Position numbers and translations under genes: made by a program
Part shown: in pieces, positions 37,453-47,281 of the stretch
Layout: every line of letters begins with the position of its first letter
How positions within the stretch are numbered: position 1 is the first letter of the stretch
Notes under the pieces: generated by a model
Databases searched by the model: none
Seen by the model: the letters and a program-made list of their open reading frames with translations, nothing else
Told to the model about the DNA's origin: nothing
Assembly (NCBI GenBank): GCA_016935015.1
Contig: JAFGRT010000122.1
Span: forward strand, 76,310-140,309
From: Acidobacteriota bacterium
Lineage (GTDB): Bacteria; Acidobacteriota; JAAYUB01
DNA: 64,000 nucleotides
Direction of reading: 5' to 3'

Positions 37453-38709
37453 ATGAACAAACCCGGTTTTCGCATTCCTCTCGCCCGCCTGGAAGAGGTC
37501 AATGAATTCATGTCTCTCGAAGTGAATCCCCTCACCGAGAGACTGCTGGGCGTCGTGGAAAAATTCGGCGGCGTCGAAGCCATCCGCGAAAAACACACCC
37601 AGGCCGCCCGGCTGGAGACCAAGCTGCAGCGGATCAGGGAATCAGGATCGCCCTACCTGGCGGATCTGGAATGGTTGATGGAACAGCGGGAAAAGAAGGC
37701 CTTCATCTCCATGAATGACTACTACCGCAACATTCTCCAGAACCGCTATGGTGAAGTGTCATTTGCCTCAGACAACGCTGTCACGCTGGAGATCAGTTCG
37801 CTCCATTATTTTCCCTGGCTGATCACCCAGGCCAAGCGGGCCATCGCCGAGCGGGAACTGATGCCGGGCCGATTCATTCGGGTGCGTTTCATGAAGGAAC
37901 AGGAAGCGGACGGCGATCTCCTGGCGGTGACGGCGGCCATGGATATCGTGGGCGCCACCTGGGTGGAGACGCTGGACACCAAAGGTACCGACGGCGCCAA
38001 TGTCCATCTCGGCGGTCCCGAAACCATTACGGGATATTTCGGCGGACCGGGCCAACCCAATCATTATCCGCTGAAATGGGTCGAGGAGTATCTCTACTAT
38101 CACACCAACTACGGTGTCAAACAGGTATTGAACATCAATGCCGGAACGGTTCTGGTCGGCTATCTCCTCCATCAGCTCGGCATTGATATTGAGTTCAAGA
38201 TCTCCGTCTACATGGGCAACGACAATCCCTATTCCGTGCTGTGGACTCTCATGACCGCCAAGATGTTCTCCCGCGATGACGGGACGACTCCCCTCATCGG
38301 CTTCAATTTCGCCAATTCCGTGAACAACGAGACCATCGAGCTGGCGGCTTTCATTCGCAAAGAACTCGGCTTCGAAGACAAGGTCCGTTTCGAGCACCAT
38401 ATCACCGAGACCTGGAAGTCTATCGTGCGCCAGCCGTATGACCGGACGGAGGAACTGATCGAAGTGTCCCGGAAGGTGAAAAACATCAGCGCCAAACACG
38501 AGGGCGGCACACCCGATCAGGAACAACAGCGGGAATTTCCCTCGGATATCCTGACGTATTTCATCCCCAAGGAAGATGTGATCGCCGCCGGCAACATGCC
38601 GAAATTCGAACTGAACTACCTGGACAAGCATGTGGCCCTGAATCACACCGCCGCCGAGCTGATCAAGGCCGGCATTCCGGTAATCGCCGCCTGGAACCTT
38701 CACCAATAA
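37453..38709 (+). CDS. Hypothetical protein, soluble and enzyme-like (418 aa)
   Basis: AAGGAG RBS; long ORF with normal codon usage; motif-rich (DTKGTDGANVHLGGPETITGYFGG, EHHITE, AKHEGG); family not recognised. Confidence 0.8.
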   Translation: MNKPGFRIPLARLEEVNEFMSLEVNPLTERLLGVVEKFGGVEAIREKHTQAARLETKLQRIRESGSPYLADLEWLMEQREKKAFISMNDYYRNILQNRYGEVSFASDNAVTLEISSLHYFPWLITQAKRAIAERELMPGRFIRVRFMKEQEADGDLLAVTAAMDIVGATWVETLDTKGTDGANVHLGGPETITGYFGGPGQPNHYPLKWVEEYLYYHTNYGVKQVLNINAGTVLVGYLLHQLGIDIEFKISVYMGNDNPYSVLWTLMTAKMFSRDDGTTPLIGFNFANSVNNETIELAAFIRKELGFEDKVRFEHHITETWKSIVRQPYDRTEELIEVSRKVKNISAKHEGGTPDQEQQREFPSDILTYFIPKEDVIAAGNMPKFELNYLDKHVALNHTAAELIKAGIPVIAAWNLHQ

Positions 38710-38728
38710 TGCGATTTCGAGGTGCGTT

Positions 38729-39889
38729 ATGATTCCCAATACAACCTTGCAGTGGCCGGGCGTAATCGAATTCGGCGCCGGGAAGCTGAAATCACTGCCC
38801 AATCACCTGGCCGGGCACCGCAGTATCTTCATCCTGGCCGATATACCCGTGAAGGCCGCGCTGGAGCCTGTGATCAGCGATCTAAAGCAGCGACATTGCC
38901 GGGTAATGCTGTCCACGGACGTGGTGCCCGAGCCACCCTTCGAGGCGCTGGAAAAGCTGCTGGAACCGGTCCACGAGTTCGAGCCGGATGCTGTGGTCGG
39001 CGTCGGCGGCGGCTCGGCCATGGATATGGCCAAACTGGTGGCGGTCCTCTTTCCCGGCGAACAGAAGCCGCACGAAGTGGTCGGCATCGGCAATGTGCAC
39101 GGCCGGCCAGTCAAGCTCATCGCCGTGGCCACCACGTCCGGCACGGGGAGCGAGGTCACACCCATCGCCGTGCTGACGGACGTGACCCAGAAACTGAAAA
39201 AGGGTGTTGTCAGTAAATACCTGGTGCCCGATGTGGCCATCGTGGATCCGGAGCTGACCCGTTCCCTGCCGGCGGCGGTAACGGCGGCCACGGGCATGGA
39301 CGCCATGACTCACTGCATCGAGGCCTACACCAATCGCCACGCCCACCCCATCATCGACGTTATCGCCTTGGAGGGGATTCGTCTCATGGGTGGCGCCCTG
39401 GAGACCGCCGTGCATGACGGACAAAACATGGATGCCCGCACGGCCATGGCCCTGGGCAGCCTGTACGGCGGTATGTGCCTGGGACCGGTGAACACGGCCG
39501 CCGTCCACGCCCTGGCCTATCCGCTGGGCGGCGAGTTCAAAGTGGCCCATGGCCTGTCCAATTCGGTGCTGCTCCCCTTCGTGATGGCCTTTAATCTGCC
39601 GGCCTGCATCACCAAGTATGCCAAAATCGCCGCGGCCCTGGGCGTTCCACAAGCCGGGTCCGACGAGGCTATGGCCCGCCAGGCCATCCACGCCGTGCGC
39701 CGGCTGTCCATCAGCTGCGGGATCCCGTCTTCCCTCAATGAGTTCAGCATCCCCGAGCCGGCCATCCCCGCCATGGCCGCCGCCGCTATGCAGGTCAAGC
39801 GGCTGCTGGACAACAATCCCCGCGAGGTCACCCTGGCCGATGCCGAAGCCATTTTCCGTAACGCCTATCACGGACGACTAAACGACTGA
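38729..39889 (+). CDS. Iron-containing alcohol dehydrogenase
   Basis: GGGSAMD, TTSGTGSEVT, DAMTHCIE, HALAYPLG..VAHG. Confidence 0.93.
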   Translation: MIPNTTLQWPGVIEFGAGKLKSLPNHLAGHRSIFILADIPVKAALEPVISDLKQRHCRVMLSTDVVPEPPFEALEKLLEPVHEFEPDAVVGVGGGSAMDMAKLVAVLFPGEQKPHEVVGIGNVHGRPVKLIAVATTSGTGSEVTPIAVLTDVTQKLKKGVVSKYLVPDVAIVDPELTRSLPAAVTAATGMDAMTHCIEAYTNRHAHPIIDVIALEGIRLMGGALETAVHDGQNMDARTAMALGSLYGGMCLGPVNTAAVHALAYPLGGEFKVAHGLSNSVLLPFVMAFNLPACITKYAKIAAALGVPQAGSDEAMARQAIHAVRRLSISCGIPSSLNEFSIPEPAIPAMAAAAMQVKRLLDNNPREVTLADAEAIFRNAYHGRLND

Positions 39890-39899
39890 GGAGCTCTGT

Positions 39900-41627
39900 A
39901 TGGAAGGATTTTTCAACCGGATTTTACGCATCGATCTTGACACCGAGACGTTTCGCTACGAGTCTCTGAATGATGATCTACTGCGCCGGACCCTGGGCGG
40001 CAAAGGACTCGGCGTGCATTTCCTGCTGACGGAAAACCCGCCGGGTGTGGATCCCCTCGACCCGGAAAACATCTTCGTCATCACCGTCGGACCGGTGACG
40101 GGAACCAAGATGTGGGGGCAATCCCGGTTCGGCGTGTTCAGCAAGAGCCCGGCCACCGGCGGGTACGGTGAGTCTTATTGCGGCGGGACGCTGCCCCCGC
40201 GCATCAAGGGCTGCGGCGTTGACGCCATCATTCTCCGCGGAAGCTGCCCCGCCCTGCGTTCGTTGTATATCGACGCCGACGGTGTCACCTTCCATGACGC
40301 CACGATTCTGGCCGGCGCCCATACCTGCGATGCCGAGGAACATTTCCTCAAACATTCTCCCACCGGCGCCGGGGCCATGGCCATCGGGCCGGCCGGCGAA
40401 AACCGGGTGGTCATGGCCTGCATCAAGGCCGACCGTTGGCGCAGCCTGGGCCGGGGCGGCATGGGCGCCGTGCTGGGCTCCAAGAACGTCAAGGGGATCG
40501 TTTTCAACGGCCGGCAAACATGCCCGATCGCCGACGAGACGGTGGTGAGCGAACTGATCAAAAAAGTGGCGGCCAAGGGCAAAGAATCTCCCGTCACTAA
40601 AATCTACCAGAATTTCGGAACACCCAACCAGGTCAAAGTCACCAACGCCCACAAGTGCTTTCCCACCCGCTATTGGCAAAAGGGTTATTTTGATAAATGG
40701 GAGAACATTTCCGCCGACTATATGCAGGCCCACTTTGATGTGAAGGCCTGCGGCTGCCCTTCCTGCTTTCTCCGCTGCACCAAACACAGCGTGGTTCGGG
40801 AAGGACGGCACGCCGGCCTGGAGATCGAGGGGCCCGAATTCGAGACCCTGTATGCCATTGGCGGCATCAACGAGATCGACAGCCTGGAGGAGATCGCCTG
40901 GCTCAACGATCTGTGCGACCGCTACGGTATCGATACCATGAGCGCCGGCAACATGGCCGGGTTCGCCATAGAAGCCTACAAGGCCGGACGGACGGACTTC
41001 GCCATCGACTACAACCAGCCAGACCGCGTCGCCGAGCTCTTCCGGATGATCACCTGCCGCGAGGGTCTGGGCGACCTGCTGGCCCAGGGCATCAAGACGG
41101 CCGCGGCCACCCTGTGCCTGGAACACATAGCCATCCATGTCAAGGGGTTGGAGCCGGGCGGTTTCGATCCGCGGGTGCTCAAGGGCATGGGGCTCTCCTA
41201 TGCCACGTCGCCGCGGGGCGCCTGCCACCTGCGCGGCACGTTCTACAAGGCCGAGCTGTCGGGCGAAATGGACAAAAACCAGATCGAGGGCAAAGCCCGG
41301 CTGCACATCGACTACGAGGACCGGTCCGCCCTGTTCGACTGCCTGATCTTGTGCCGTTTTTTCCGCGACTTCATCCTGTGGGACGAGCTGCAGCAACTCA
41401 TCACCGCCCTCACCGGCCTGCCCCTGGACAAGAGCGCCCTGCAGCGCCTGGCCAACGACATCACCCAGCGCACCCGCGAATACAACACCCGCGAGGGGCT
41501 TGACGCCACCACCGACACCCTGCCGCCCCCGTTCGTCGAGCAGGCCAACGCCGAAGGTGCCCGCCTCACCCGGGCCGAATTGGAAACCATGGTGCGGGAG
41601 TACAACGAGATCCGTGCCGGCACTTGA
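39900..41627 (+). CDS. Aldehyde:ferredoxin oxidoreductase family (W/Mo-pterin)
   Basis: KSPATGG, IGPAGEN, GRGGMGAVLGSKNVKGI, CPSCFLRC, GPEFET, CDRYGIDT, RGACH. Confidence 0.93.
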   Translation: MEGFFNRILRIDLDTETFRYESLNDDLLRRTLGGKGLGVHFLLTENPPGVDPLDPENIFVITVGPVTGTKMWGQSRFGVFSKSPATGGYGESYCGGTLPPRIKGCGVDAIILRGSCPALRSLYIDADGVTFHDATILAGAHTCDAEEHFLKHSPTGAGAMAIGPAGENRVVMACIKADRWRSLGRGGMGAVLGSKNVKGIVFNGRQTCPIADETVVSELIKKVAAKGKESPVTKIYQNFGTPNQVKVTNAHKCFPTRYWQKGYFDKWENISADYMQAHFDVKACGCPSCFLRCTKHSVVREGRHAGLEIEGPEFETLYAIGGINEIDSLEEIAWLNDLCDRYGIDTMSAGNMAGFAIEAYKAGRTDFAIDYNQPDRVAELFRMITCREGLGDLLAQGIKTAAATLCLEHIAIHVKGLEPGGFDPRVLKGMGLSYATSPRGACHLRGTFYKAELSGEMDKNQIEGKARLHIDYEDRSALFDCLILCRFFRDFILWDELQQLITALTGLPLDKSALQRLANDITQRTREYNTREGLDATTDTLPPPFVEQANAEGARLTRAELETMVREYNEIRAGT

Positions 41628-41640
41628 TAGGAGAAAAGTC

Positions 41641-42600
41641 ATGGAGCAGCCACCGAAAATCGTCATTCTGGACGGCCACACCGTCAACCCGGGGGACCTC
41701 TCCTGGGCACCCTTTGAGCAACTGGGCGACCTGACGGTCTATCCCCGCACCGCAGCCGCCGACACGTACGAGCGCAGTCGTGAGGCCGAGATCATCATCA
41801 CCAGCAAGGTCGTCCTGGACCGGGCCATGCTGGACCGGCTGCCCCGGCTGCGCTACATCGGTGTCATCGCCACCGGCTACAACGTGGTGGACCTGGCGGC
41901 CGCCCGCGAGCGGGACATCCCCGTAACCAACGTGCCCGATTATTGCACCGAGTCTGTGGCCCAGCTGGTCATGGCCCATCTGCTGGAGCTGGCCCGCCGC
42001 ATCGGCGCCCATAACCGTTCCGTACGCAACGGCGACTGGAGCCGGGCCAAAGACTTCTGCTACTGGATTCATCCCCAGGTGGAGCTCACCGGCAAAACCC
42101 TCGGTCTCATCGGTTACGGCCATATCGGGGGGGAAGTAGCCCGGCTGGCCCGCGCCTTCGGCATGCGCATCATCGCCTTCGACATCTATCCCAAGGACGA
42201 AGACGGTGTCGACTTCGTGTCCCTGGAACGGGTGTTCACTGACAGCGACGTCGTCAGCCTGCACTGCCCCCTGACCGACGAGAACCGGGGCCTCATCAAC
42301 ACCGTCAACCTGCGGAAAATGAAGCCCACGGCCTTTCTCATCAACACGAGCCGTGGTCCCCTGGTCAACGACCGGGACCTGGCCGCCGCCCTGGCCGAAG
42401 GCGTCATCGCCGGCGCCGGCCTGGACGTGCTGTCCACCGAGCCGCCGCCCGAGGACAATCCCCTGCTGGACGCGCCCAACTGCCACATTACTCCCCATGT
42501 GGCCTGGGCCAGCGAGGAGGCGCGTCTACGGCTCATCCGTCTGACGGCGGAAAACGTCGAGTCGTTTCTCAAGGGTAAGCCTATAAACGTCGTTAATTAA
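41641..42600 (+). CDS. D-2-hydroxyacid dehydrogenase (glycerate dehydrogenase-like)
   Basis: AGGAG then ATG 41641; ATGYNVVD, GYGHIG, SLHCPL, INTSRG, TPHVAW. Confidence 0.93.
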   Translation: MEQPPKIVILDGHTVNPGDLSWAPFEQLGDLTVYPRTAAADTYERSREAEIIITSKVVLDRAMLDRLPRLRYIGVIATGYNVVDLAAARERDIPVTNVPDYCTESVAQLVMAHLLELARRIGAHNRSVRNGDWSRAKDFCYWIHPQVELTGKTLGLIGYGHIGGEVARLARAFGMRIIAFDIYPKDEDGVDFVSLERVFTDSDVVSLHCPLTDENRGLINTVNLRKMKPTAFLINTSRGPLVNDRDLAAALAEGVIAGAGLDVLSTEPPPEDNPLLDAPNCHITPHVAWASEEARLRLIRLTAENVESFLKGKPINVVN

Positions 42601-42621
42601 GCGTATTTTTATGAATTTTGC

Positions 42622-43872
42622 ATGTACCAGGCAGCCGGCATGAGTGTTTCACTCATCAAAATCAGACAGTTTTTTGACTGCGCCCCGGCCGTGGATCCGG
42701 CCGTGCTGCTGCCCACCGAGCTGCGCCGCACCCTGCCCCCCCTCCGCCCCGGTGCCCGCGTGGCCGTGGCTGTTGGCAGCCGCGGGATCCACGCCATCGA
42801 CCGCCAGGTCAGGATCATCATCGACAGTCTCAGGGACGCCGGCGCCGAGCCCTTCCTGGTGCCGGCCATGGGCAGCCACGGCGGCGCCACGGCCGACGGC
42901 CAGGCGGCCGTCCTAGCCAGCCTGGGCCTGGACGAAGCAGGCGTGGGGGCGCCCGTCCGTTCCTCCATGGCCACGGTGGAGCTGCCCGACGACGGCAGCG
43001 GCCGGCGCGTCTTCATGGACCGCCTGGCCTGGGAATCGGACGGCGTCGTCCTGGTGAACCGTGTCAAGCCCCACACCGATTTCCGCGGCCTATACGAAAG
43101 CGGCCTGGTTAAAATGGCGGCCATCGGCCTCGGCAAGCACGACCAGGCGCGGGAGATCCACCGCCACGGAGTGACCGGGCTGCGTGACCTCACGCCGGCC
43201 GCGGCCCGCCGCCTCTTCGCCACGGGTAAAATCCTCCTGGGCGTGGCCATCGTGGAGAACGCCCGCGACGAGCCCATGCTAATCCGTGCCCTGGGGCCCC
43301 ACGAGATCCTGGACGAAGAGCCGGCCCTACTGGAGCTGGCCCGGCAAAACATGCCCGCCCTGCCGGTGGACCGGCTGGACGTTCTGCTGCTGGACGAGAT
43401 GGGCAAGAACATCAGCGGCACCGGCCTCGATCCCAACATCATCGGCCGCATCCGTGTCCTCGGCCAGCCCGAGCCGGAGCGTCCGGCCATCACGCAGATC
43501 GCTGTTTGCGGGCTGACCCCCGAGTCCCACGGCAACGCCATCGGCGTGGGCCTGGCCGACGTCATCACCCGGCGCCTGTTCGACAACATCGATTTGGCGG
43601 CCACCTACGCCAACGTCATCACCACCACGTTCCTGGAACGGGCCAAGATCCCGCTGGTGGCCGACACGCCCGCCGCCGCCCTCAGGGTGGCCCTGATGGC
43701 CTGCGGTCCCCTGGCCCCGGAAGAGATGCGGATTATTCGCCTGCACAACACGCTGCAGCTGGAGGAGATGTACGTCAGCCACGGCGTTCTGAAGGAGCAG
43801 GGGAAGTCGGTGACCATCCGCGGTCAGTGGGACTCTGTCTTCGACGGTACCGGCGAGCTGCGGCCGTTCTGA
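42622..43872 (+). CDS. LarA (lactate racemase)-domain / DUF2088 protein (start may be 42640)
   Basis: VAVGSRGI, VPAMGSHGGAT, NRVKPHTDF, ESGLVKMAAIGLGK, GKNISGTGLD. Confidence 0.78.
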   Translation: MYQAAGMSVSLIKIRQFFDCAPAVDPAVLLPTELRRTLPPLRPGARVAVAVGSRGIHAIDRQVRIIIDSLRDAGAEPFLVPAMGSHGGATADGQAAVLASLGLDEAGVGAPVRSSMATVELPDDGSGRRVFMDRLAWESDGVVLVNRVKPHTDFRGLYESGLVKMAAIGLGKHDQAREIHRHGVTGLRDLTPAAARRLFATGKILLGVAIVENARDEPMLIRALGPHEILDEEPALLELARQNMPALPVDRLDVLLLDEMGKNISGTGLDPNIIGRIRVLGQPEPERPAITQIAVCGLTPESHGNAIGVGLADVITRRLFDNIDLAATYANVITTTFLERAKIPLVADTPAAALRVALMACGPLAPEEMRIIRLHNTLQLEEMYVSHGVLKEQGKSVTIRGQWDSVFDGTGELRPF

Positions 43873-43892
43873 TTTCAAAACACTTCATATGA

Positions 43893-45938
43893 CTATTCCA
43901 ATCGGTAGGCCGTCAGGAGGTGGTCCTCGTACGCCGGTGTCAGTTCCAGGATCGTCTCGACGTAATGACTGTTGCCGTAAAAGGGAACGATGATCCAGCG
44001 GAAACCGGCCTGGCGGAGCATTCGACGCATCGTTTCGGCGTCCGGGGCCGACGGCGATTCATAGGGATAGAGCACACAAAACAATCCCTCGCTGGCCGGC
44101 GGATCGGCAAAATACGGCCGGATCCCGACGGTGGTGCTATGCTGCGGACGACCCGCCGGCCCAGGATCGGCCAGTGGCCGGAGAAGCACCGTGTCGCCGG
44201 CGCCGCGCCGGATCGAGGTCGACAGCCGGAACCGCTGCTCTGCCGCATCCGCCACTTCCAGCTCCGTCACCAGCCCCCCCCTGGCCCGGCGGCGCTCGCC
44301 CAGCCAGATGTCATGGGGCCGGCTGGTTTCGATGCACAGACGTCCGGGGCCCTGCAGGTAGCCAAGGGCGACGAAAGTGGATTCTTCCGCCATGGCGGGA
44401 GCGGCGGCCAGGATGTCTGCCGGCCGGCCGGTGCCGTAATGATAATAATCGTTTTCGGCGATGATCTCGCGGATAGGGCTGACCTCGTACTGCTCTAGCG
44501 CAGACTGCGGCACTCGGTTGACCATGCCGTCCCGGCCCATGACTTTCCGGTGGTGAACGGTCTGGAAATACAGGGCGTCGGCGAAATAATGCAGATCCAT
44601 GACACCTTCATCCGGGCTGGAGTTGTGCTGTAGCTGGGTGTAAAACGGGCTGACCGGCAGAGGGTTCATGACGAACGGTACGCCCAGACTTTCGCCCACC
44701 AGTAGTCCACAGACCAGGGTGGCGAAGCCCGCCATCAATTTATCCGATCGCAGCCGGCCGCTGAGGTGATGGACACCGGCGGCCAAAAAAAGGCACCCGG
44801 CGAACCAGGTCATGATATGGAAGCGGATGGGTGAGCGGATGATGCCGGCGCCGGGGATCCCGTCGGCCAGCAGGCCATATGGCAGGGTCACCGACTCATA
44901 GAGCTCACCGCCCGTCCGCAGGTGATACCCCAGGGAAAGGACGAAGAACATTACCAGCCACCCGGTGAAAACACATCGGATCTCCCGCCGGCAGGTGAAC
45001 CAGCCCACGCCGGCCAGCAGCCAGGCCGTCCAGGGGATGAAGTTCTCGGGCGTAACGTTGTTGGCCCGCCAGTGGCCGCCGCCCGAGGCCACCAGCCGGC
45101 CGAAAAGGGACCGCTCGCCGGGGATGACGAACGACGCAAGGTCGGCGTTATCCCGCCGGGCGATGGTCTCAGCCGGCAGGCCCTGACCGGCTTCCCACAC
45201 CATACCGCTGATCAGCGGGCTGAGCACCAGGACGCTGATGAGGATGATGACGGCCGTTCCCCGCGCCCGCAGCAGCAAGAAGCGGATGTCGCACCGTGCC
45301 CGGTACAGAATCAGGAGGAGTGATGCCATCACGCAAAACACAAAATAGTACCAGCTGGTCAGGGCGATGAGGACCAGCCAGCCGGCGGCGGCCAAGGCCT
45401 TCCGGATCCGCCATCCCGCCTCATCCGCCGCCAGCAGGGACTGGACAAAGAACGGGATCCACTGGTAGTGCATCAGGTTGAGGTGCCCGGCTTCGAGCTT
45501 GGCAAAATGATAGGGGCAGAAGGAATAGGCGGTTCCGGCCACCAGGGCGCCCCAGAAACCGAATCCCAGGTAGCGGCCCAGCCGGAACATTCCCAGGCCG
45601 GCCAGGACGAAACTCAGCAGGGCGGACAGGTTGTACACCGTCACCAGCGACAGGAAAGGCTGCAGCGGAATCGAGGCCAGAGTGACCGGTAGATTCCAGG
45701 TATGCAGATAATTGCACAGTCCGGCGGGGAAATACACGAAGTTATGGCAGAACGGATGGATCAGGCTCACTAGGCTGTATTTCAGCCACCACATGTTCCA
45801 GGTGAAGAGAGAGGCGTCCCCGGCGCCGATGAGACGGTCGGACAAATGGACGACGGCGGGATAGGTGGACAGGACGGCCAGAACCAGATAGCCCGTTGTG
45901 GCGACGGTTAGCTCCCGCTTCTCGGTGGCCCGTTTCAT
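43893..45938 (-). CDS. Polytopic membrane protein, GT-C/YfhO-like glycosyltransferase candidate
   Basis: Many TM helices; GDASLFTWNMWW, AYSFCPYHF, RSPIRF; soluble C-terminal domain. Confidence 0.65.
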   Translation of the reverse strand: MKRATEKRELTVATTGYLVLAVLSTYPAVVHLSDRLIGAGDASLFTWNMWWLKYSLVSLIHPFCHNFVYFPAGLCNYLHTWNLPVTLASIPLQPFLSLVTVYNLSALLSFVLAGLGMFRLGRYLGFGFWGALVAGTAYSFCPYHFAKLEAGHLNLMHYQWIPFFVQSLLAADEAGWRIRKALAAAGWLVLIALTSWYYFVFCVMASLLLILYRARCDIRFLLLRARGTAVIILISVLVLSPLISGMVWEAGQGLPAETIARRDNADLASFVIPGERSLFGRLVASGGGHWRANNVTPENFIPWTAWLLAGVGWFTCRREIRCVFTGWLVMFFVLSLGYHLRTGGELYESVTLPYGLLADGIPGAGIIRSPIRFHIMTWFAGCLFLAAGVHHLSGRLRSDKLMAGFATLVCGLLVGESLGVPFVMNPLPVSPFYTQLQHNSSPDEGVMDLHYFADALYFQTVHHRKVMGRDGMVNRVPQSALEQYEVSPIREIIAENDYYHYGTGRPADILAAAPAMAEESTFVALGYLQGPGRLCIETSRPHDIWLGERRRARGGLVTELEVADAAEQRFRLSTSIRRGAGDTVLLRPLADPGPAGRPQHSTTVGIRPYFADPPASEGLFCVLYPYESPSAPDAETMRRMLRQAGFRWIIVPFYGNSHYVETILELTPAYEDHLLTAYRLE

Positions 45939-46128
45939 CCCCTGCCCCCTTCGCTAACGTCAAATGGATGCGTATTTTCGACGACAGAACCTGATCGTCA
46001 GCCAACGTAGCACAACCGAGCCCAAAACACCAGCGGCAGGTTGGAGGAAATGACCCGTTCCAAATTTGGTGTTGGATTTCCATGATACCATCGTTGTCGC
46101 TAACGTCGTCGTCATGGTGATCGACAAA

Positions 46129-46520
46129 ATCGCTGTCGTGGTCGTGATTGTAATCGATTCTTCGAAGTGGCCCGATCCTCACGGACAGTCTTCGGAATAA
46201 TTAAGATTCCGAAATATCCATTGTCCTGATCGTCTACGCAGAAGGATGTAAGGAAGAGTGTGTTCTCTGTGATTACCCTTCATATTCTATTGAACGGAAG
46301 ACGTTTATCGAGTGCGGCGCGGGGAGAGCCTGCGGCGCCGCCACCGGCTACTGGCCCGCAACCCTTACCCGGGGTGGGAGGCAAAGAGCATGGAAAAGTT
46401 CTCTCTTCATCCATCATCCATGGCTTGCCGAAAGAGCATTGTCGATCGTCAGTAATTTATCGAAAAGATCGATTACGATAACAAATACGACAACGAAAGC
46501 GATCAGGAAAGGAGTAGCCA
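46129..46520. repeat. Repeat unit 1 (~390 bp) bounded by inverted NAC-triplet repeats
   Basis: Aligns by eye with 46888-47281 through GATCCTCACG, CGGCGCCGCCACCGGCTACTGGCCC, CCCGGGGTGG, CAAAGAGCATGGAAAA, TTGTCGATC and GACAACGA.AGCGAT. Confidence 0.8.
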
Positions 46521-46599
46521 AACGCGATCATGGACAAGAATTTTTCACTTATATTTCAACATGTTTGCCAGGTCCGACCCCGAAACAACTGGCACGATG

Positions 46600-46651
46600 G
46601 TAGTTCAAGCTTCCAGCTTGAGTGTGGTTGCAAGCAGGATGCTTGCGCTAC
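46600..46651. repeat. GTAG-type REP doublet (REPIN-like)
   Basis: GTAG-TT-CAAGC-TTCCA-GCTTG on + and GTAG-CG-CAAGC-ATCCT-GCTTG on -, facing each other. Confidence 0.7.
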
Positions 46652-46662
46652 ACCCTAATTTT

Positions 46663-46764
46663 TGGAGGGCCTTTCAGGCCTCGGGTTCTATCGGAGGGAT
46701 CGTATTTTCGTGGGCTCACGTTGTTCGCCCACGGCTACCATCGGGTTGGCCCTTCGGGCCTCCA
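46663..46764. repeat. Tripartite hairpin REP-like element
   Basis: GGCCtttcaGGCC, CGTGGGC-11-GCCCACG+GCTA, GGCCCttcGGGCC; ends TGGAGG/CCTCCA. Confidence 0.65.
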
Positions 46765-46816
46765 GAAGGGGGGAGTCCCGGGGAAAGTGAATACGGGCAG
46801 GCGGCGGGTCGAGAGG

Positions 46817-46923
46817 TTCGACTACGATTACGACAACGACAGCGAGCCTGACAAGGGCGGCCAGGGGCGATCAGGGCCAAGAGTCATTTCGCTGTCGTTG
46901 TCGTGATCGTCAGCGTGATCGAT
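46817..46923. repeat. Inverted pair of NAC-triplet repeats around a ~42-bp conserved spacer
   Basis: TCGACTACGATTACGACAACGACAGCGA ... TCGCTGTCGTTGTCGTGATCGT...GATCGAT. Confidence 0.75.
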
Positions 46924-47281
46924 TCATAGCGGGATATGATCCTCACGTAATTTGTTCGAAATAAATATTTTCCGTTATCCTCCATAGCGGTGGATGGCTC
47001 TGCTGATTCTGCCGGGTCCGTAAAGAAAATTGTCCTGCCGCCCCTGCCCGGGGCGGCAATTTCCTTACGACGTCCTTTCCGGTGGCCGTGCCTCCGGCGC
47101 CGCCACCGGCTACTGGCCCCCCACCCCTGCCCGGGGTGGAAATCAAAGAGCATGGAAAAAACATCATTCCATGCATCATCAAGTCTGTGCTGAAAGATCG
47201 TTGTCGATCATAAGCCTTTCGTCGAGGGGGATCGACTACAATTACGACGACGACAACGACAGCGATTAAGACAACAGCAGC
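46888..47281. repeat. Repeat unit 2 (~390 bp), contains a complete tripartite hairpin element at 47040-47138
   Basis: Homologous to 46129-46520 at an offset of ~760 bp. Confidence 0.8.
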
